From: the human T2T-CHM13v2.0 reference genome, Homo sapiens
Assembly (NCBI RefSeq): GCF_009914755.1
Contig: NC_060944.1
Direction: 5' to 3' (one strand)
Length of the DNA: 64,000 nucleotides
Shown: positions 56,870 through 64,000 of the stretch, piece by piece
How the letters are laid out: each line of letters opens with the position of its first letter
Numbering within the stretch: position 1 is the first letter of the stretch
Translations under genes and position numbers: made by a program
Notes under the pieces: model-generated
Seen by the model: the letters and a program-made list of their open reading frames with translations, nothing else
What the model was told of the DNA's origin: nothing
Database searches by the model: none

Positions 56870-59580
56870 GATATAGGCAGCTGCTCAGAAAACCTCTACC
56901 CTTTTCCAGCTTCCCTCACCCTCAGCACCTCTGCTGGGCTTGGTAGCTTACCTGATGGTGTGACCCCAACCTTCATTCCTAAGCGATCTGAGCCCTTCTT
57001 GGTCACCATGCCTCTCATGTATGAGGCCATGATGGATGTACGTGTCCATTTACCATCAAAACTGGGCACCTGATCCATATACCAAGCTCAGGCTCCTTCC
57101 TCCTCTGTTGGCTGGTCATAAAGGACCCTTCTCTCCACCCCATGCAGCCATCAGTATGAGCTGAGAGCAAGACAACAGGTGGATGAGATGGGGGTCTGGT
57201 TACCTGCTCACGCAGCTCGCTTATGCCATCTGGTCCTCCTTCTGCTCAATCCTCCATGTCCCACTTCTATTCTGGCATGCTGCTGGGCCCACCTGATCTT
57301 ATGACTTGGTTGATCTGACAAATATCTGACTCATTGTGGATAGTTTTGGCTGCACAATCGTTTGCTTTCCCGTGATCGGGTGTTCCCTCCCTCCGGGGCC
57401 AAGTAGCCCTCAGGAGCTTGTGATGGTTAATTTTAGGTGTCAACCGGACTGGGTTAAGGAATAGCTAGAGAACTTGTAAAGCATCACTTCTGGGTGTGTC
57501 CGTGAGGGTGTTTCCAGAGGACAGTGGCCTGGGACTTTGTGGACTGAGAGGAGGAGATCTGCCCTCATTATGGGCAGGCACCATCCAATCAGCTGGCACC
57601 CGCATAGAACAAAAAAGGCAGAAACAAAACAAAACAAAACAATTTTCTCTCTCTCTCTCTCTCTCCCTCCCTCTCTTCTTCTCTCTCCTGGAGCTGGAAC
57701 ACACTTTTTTCTCCTGCCTTTGGACATCGGAACTCCAGGCTCTCCAGGCTTTCCAGACTCTGGACTTAACAGCAGTCTCTGGACTTACAACAGCAGCCCC
57801 CTGGATCCTCAAGCCTTTGGCCTCAGACTAATAATTATATCAGCAACTTCCTGGTTCTGAGGCTTTTGGGCAGCCATGCTACTAGCAACCCAGCAGTTCC
57901 AGCAGAAGGCCTGTTGTGGGACTTCTCAGCCTCCATGAGCATGTGAGCCAATTCCCTTAATACATCTATCTCTTTCTAAATTGATTTATTGATCTAGAAA
58001 GATTGATCCTATTGATTCTGTCTCTCTGGATAACTCTAATACAGAGCTATATATCAAAGAGTGTGTAATTCTCTGATGCAGATGACATGACTTGCTCCAG
58101 AACCCTGGGGATCTGAGTTGTGATTTTCCCAGTGAGACTTGCCATATACTTTATTCAATGTCTTTTCTGACCACCAATATCTCTAATACCATAGGGCCTG
58201 CTAGGTCATGTGGCCAAAGCTTCAAGGATACCTGCTTTGCAGGCTGGACCTGCTGCAGAGCTCTTTTCTACTCTTGGTGCCTCTCAAAGGCAGCAGCTTT
58301 TCCTTTTACCAGATATTTGGATCAGAGCAGTATTCTCATGTTTGGAATGTGCTGCCTCTAGAACCCAAAGAAGTCTATAGGCATGGCACTTTCTTCTTGG
58401 TGGTGATGGGAGATGAAAGATAGAAAAGTTTTGCCCTTACTTTTGAGGGAACGTTCTAGCATGCTTCAGAACATGGAACTCAATTTTTTAACCTATTTGG
58501 AAGTCCTTGCACTTTTGAAGAGTTTAGTCTTGTACCCTCTGAAGTGCTTGTGTCTTACCAAGTCCTACATGTTCTAGCCACTTCACCCGGTCCAATTAGC
58601 ATATGTCATCAATAGAGGGGACCAGTGTGATATTCTGTGGATGTCCAGCCAGTTCAGGCCTCTTCATATTATGTCATGACAGCACCAAACAGTTGAGATA
58701 ACCCCTGGGAAAGACTGTGTATGTGTACTGTTGTCCACTCCACCAAATGTGAACTGCTTCTGATACTGTTTTTTTGATAGGGATGGAAAAGAACACATTA
58801 GCTGCATTGATGGCTGCATGCCAGGTGCCCAAGGCTGTGCTCATCTGCTCTAGCAGAGGTACCACACATGGCACAGAAGCTGCATTGAGGCCACTGTTTG
58901 GCAGAGTTTGCAGTAGTCCACTGTTATCCTCCAGAATATGTCTGGGTTTTGCAGGGGCAAGACTGGTGAATTACACAAGCTATGAGTGGACTGCCACCTC
59001 AGCATCATTTAGGTTTTTAAGGATGGCTCTGGTCTCTAATATTCCTCTTTGGATGGATGTGACATTTTAAAAAGTGTACTCATTTGGTTGGGTTGGGGTG
59101 TTGGGGGCTATTTCAGAGGCTTCCACTGGTCTTCTTTACTCTGATAGCTCCTACCCCATGGGCCAAGGGACCAGCATGGGAGCTGTGCCAATTGCCAACA
59201 TGTCTATTCCAATTGGGGACTGGGGAGATGGCCATGGGGTTGGCCCATGGGTCTAGTGAACCCGCTGTAACCCAGACTTCGGCCAGGATCCCATTTATTT
59301 CCTGCCCTTCATATGCCCTCGATTTAATAGGGAGGCTACGATGATGCTTTGGGTTCCTGGGTAAATGTCAATCTGGACCCTGTGCCAATAGTTCTCGATG
59401 TTTGAGTGTTCCTCTTTCTCCAGCGTGTGGCCATCTGTCATGGCATCACAGGGTCCTCCTAGGAAGCCAGCCTCTCCTTCAATTCATGTGCTTTAAACAC
59501 TAAAACTGGTTCTGGTCTGGAAACTAAGTGAAGGAGTGTGACTTTTTTTTGAGGAGTGATCACCCTCAACTACCTGACCA
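56870..59580 (-). mobile_element. ERVL-class internal (pro/pol) remnant with reverse-transcriptase fragment
   Basis: ORF 58674..58874 (LLEQMSTALGTWHAAINAANVFFSIP...QQYTYTVFPRGYLN) resembles ERV-L RT (LLEQINTSPGTWYAAIDLANAFFSIP...QQYTFTVLPQGYIN). Confidence 0.8.
57419..58043 (+). mobile_element. MLT2 (ERVL) solo LTR
   Basis: tgtgatggttaattttaggtgtcaac...ctctaataca; 5-bp TSD gagct on both sides. Confidence 0.9.
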
Positions 59581-59720
59581 GGAATGTTAAATTGTAGAAA
59601 ATGTGTATCTTAGTGGTCAGACATTTCTATGTATAATATGCACAAGAAAAAGACTCTCTAGGCATACAGCAGACTGTCAGCCATACCTACCTCTCTGTGG
59701 CAATATTATGGGCCATTTAA

Positions 59721-60573
<853 letters not shown>

Positions 60574-60869
60574 ATACTTTAATGTATTTTTCACATTTTT
60601 ATATTATAGCAAATATATTCTGTCATGCCAGAGATTACATATGTAATATGTGTTTTCCATCCTCTGGAGAGATGTTCCAGAAAATTGTCTTGGCCTAACT
60701 GGATGTGGTTGTCAACTCCCTGCTCTCTGAAGGATGGATATGAATATTTGACATCTCTTAAGAAGTCTTCCTAGGAAAGAATCCTTTTGAATTACAGAAA
60801 GTGGCTCCCTCCCCCAGAGAGGCCCCACTGCCTGGGGAAAGAGACTTTAATCAGCCCCTTTGTTAAAAA

Positions 60870-61390
<521 letters not shown>

Positions 61391-61686
61391 AGAGCACTGG
61401 AACTTAAGTTCTCCCTGGGGTGGGGGTGAGGTGCGTGGGATGTTTTAAACAATGACAGGACCTGCAGTTAGAACTGCTGAGGTTGGACAGTGTCATGCGT
61501 ACCCCACGTTCCAGGAAAGACTTATGTGTCCCTAACTCCAAGTGTGTGACAATGATGGTATCTTCTCTTGATTCATCTTCCCTCATTTCAGTGTTGCTCA
61601 ACGCTTATTTTTAAACTTATAGCTCCTCCAAGGAACCATTTTACATTTTTTTTTAATTGTCCACCTCCCCATGAAAATATAATACT

Positions 61687-62104
<418 letters not shown>

Positions 62105-62979
62105 CTAAGATGTTGGGGGCATCCTAAGAACCAATGTTCATTCCTGTGGGGGCTCTCTTGACCTGTTGAGAAATCATGACTTATTCCCATCAGAAAAAAA
62201 TCCAAGTAGGCAGGGAAAAAGCAGTATTGTAATGAAAATGTAAAGCTATCTGATTTGACTCTTTGATGGAAGCGTAGTGACACACATAACTGCAAAAAAG
62301 TGTTTCGCCAGAGCTATGCATTGATGTAGGTTCATGAAAATGGGAGCCCGAAATGAGGCAAAGGGGTTGGCAGGCAGAGAGCTTTCAACCCAGGCAGAGA
62401 AGTGGCAGAGTCTTTTCTGTGCAACTAGAGCTCTCTGCTGGGCATTTCAGGAACATCCTCCAATAAATTGAATGCAGCCCATTCATTTAGCAGCTGTTTG
62501 CCCAGCATCCATCACAGGCCGTGCACTGAGAGCTAGGCTTGGGTTTGTGGCCCAGCAAAGTTTAATAACTGGGTCAGAACCACACAGTGGTGAGAAGTCA
62601 CAATGGCATTCAGAGTCACTTTTCTCTGACTCCAAAGCCCACAGTCCCCTCCTCTGGAGTTCCCAAGCCAGGTTCTTACTGGCTTTAGAGGGGAGTCCCC
62701 TCCCTGGCCTCTGAGACAGAAAGGAAGATGAGGGGCAGGTAGGAGTAGGGTAGAAGTTTGGGATATTTAGGGCATTATCACCTGATGATTTCCCTTTTCT
62801 CCTAGAAGTTGGAGCAGAAGAGGAGTGAGAATGACTTGGGTTAAGTCTTGCGGTGCTGGCTTTTTGCAAAGGGCTGTTCCACAAAGACTGAGAAAAAAAC
62901 TGAGGCTCTGTAGAAACAGAGGCAGAAGTGGCAGAAGAAAATCTTGATGCTTCCCCAGTAAATTCCCATCAATTGTAGA

Positions 62980-63390
62980 GGTTAAAGAAAATGTGGTACA
63001 TATACACCATGGATTATGTAGCCATAAAAAGGAACAAGATCCTGTCCTTTGCAGGGACATGGATGGAGCTGGAGGCCATTATCCTTAGCAAACTAACGCA
63101 GGAACAGAAAACCAAATACTGCATGTTCTCACTTATAAGTGGAAGCTAAGTGATGAGAACACATGGACGCATGGAGGGGAAAAACACACACTGGGGTGGG
63201 GGTCAAAGGGCAGAGGTGGGAAGAAGGAGAGCATCAGGAAGAATAGCTAATGGATGATGGGCTTAATACCTGGGTGATGGGATGCTCTATGCAGCAAACC
63301 ACCACGGCACATATTTACCTATGTAACAAACCTGCACATCCTGCACCTGTACCCCTGAACTTAAAATAAAAGTTGGAAATAAAAGAAAGA
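62980..63390 (+). mobile_element. Old L1PA 3' end
   Basis: aaagaaaatgtggtacatatacaccatgg...cctgaacttaaaataaaagtt. Confidence 0.88.
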
Positions 63391-64000
63391 GATACTCAGG
63401 TAAGACTAAACCACACATGAGGAATTGGAACCAGGGTCCTGTGAGTCTAACTCGCATGGCTCAGGAGGGTTGGTTCCCCTAGGGAGCTGCTCCTTCCTCT
63501 TGGTGCAGTGTAGACAGGGTGTTAGGAAAGAGCCCCAGGCTCACTGAGGATGGCCAGGAGTAAACCTGCCATGGCTCTAGAGGTCCCCAAGGCAGGCAAC
63601 GGATGAGAGCAAGACAGTTTCTCACTCCAAGCGCAGCAAGCAGCATGTGCATCTGCAGAGCTGCGCTGGTTTCCCTGCCCTCAGGTCCCACAGGCGACGC
63701 CATGGGCTCGGATGGATGCTACCCACTCCATGGGCTGCCGTGAAGCTGTGGAACTCAAGGCCAAAGGTTCAGCATACTTTGAGAAAGCAGCAAACACTGT
63801 GGCAAGCAGCAAATAAGCCAGTCTCTCCCCTAGGGAGCAAGCAGTGACACAGGAAACACACGGAGGTCTCCTCACTCAGTGTACAGGGGCCTGCGTGACT
63901 AGCTGCTAGTTGTTTATTACCTGTGAGCAACCGGAGACATTATGAAGACAGCCTGAGGTCTCATCCAGGGGCAAGGGAAGAACTAGCCCTATAGAACAGA

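Noticed and set aside
58674-58874. Active reverse transcriptase or novel RT system
   Set aside because: Short decayed ERVL pol fragment; the first catalytic Asp reads Asn (AAIN versus AAID) and the frame is broken on both sides

Overview
Primate (most likely human) genomic DNA with no prokaryotic features. The left half (1-30.9 kb) holds the 5' half of ELMO2 on the minus strand. It has a CpG-island promoter with non-coding exon 1 (~30574-30641), non-coding exon 2 (22723-22797) and nine GT-AG coding exons that splice into an intact frame for residues 1-269 ([14 protein letters not shown]...KHLRSIILN). There is also a 36-nt in-frame cassette exon (6230-6265, DKHLNPLDLPVT). The gene continues past the left edge. 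The right half (31-64 kb) is repeat-dense upstream DNA: Alus, MIR/L2, old L1, a near-full-length Tigger1 split by an L1, ERVL internal remnants including an RT fragment, solo LTRs with intact TSDs, long microsatellites and a strong CTCF motif. I see no new protein-coding system. The best leads are regulatory. Exon 2 is an antisense MIR-derived exon carrying a complete uORF, and it is bracketed by competing inverted Alus. Other leads are an alternative acceptor inside exon 3, a microexon-like cassette, a hAT-MITE insertion hotspot, and an ERVL-derived distal splice donor. Repeat subfamily names come from recalled consensus sequences and need RepeatMasker/Dfam confirmation.
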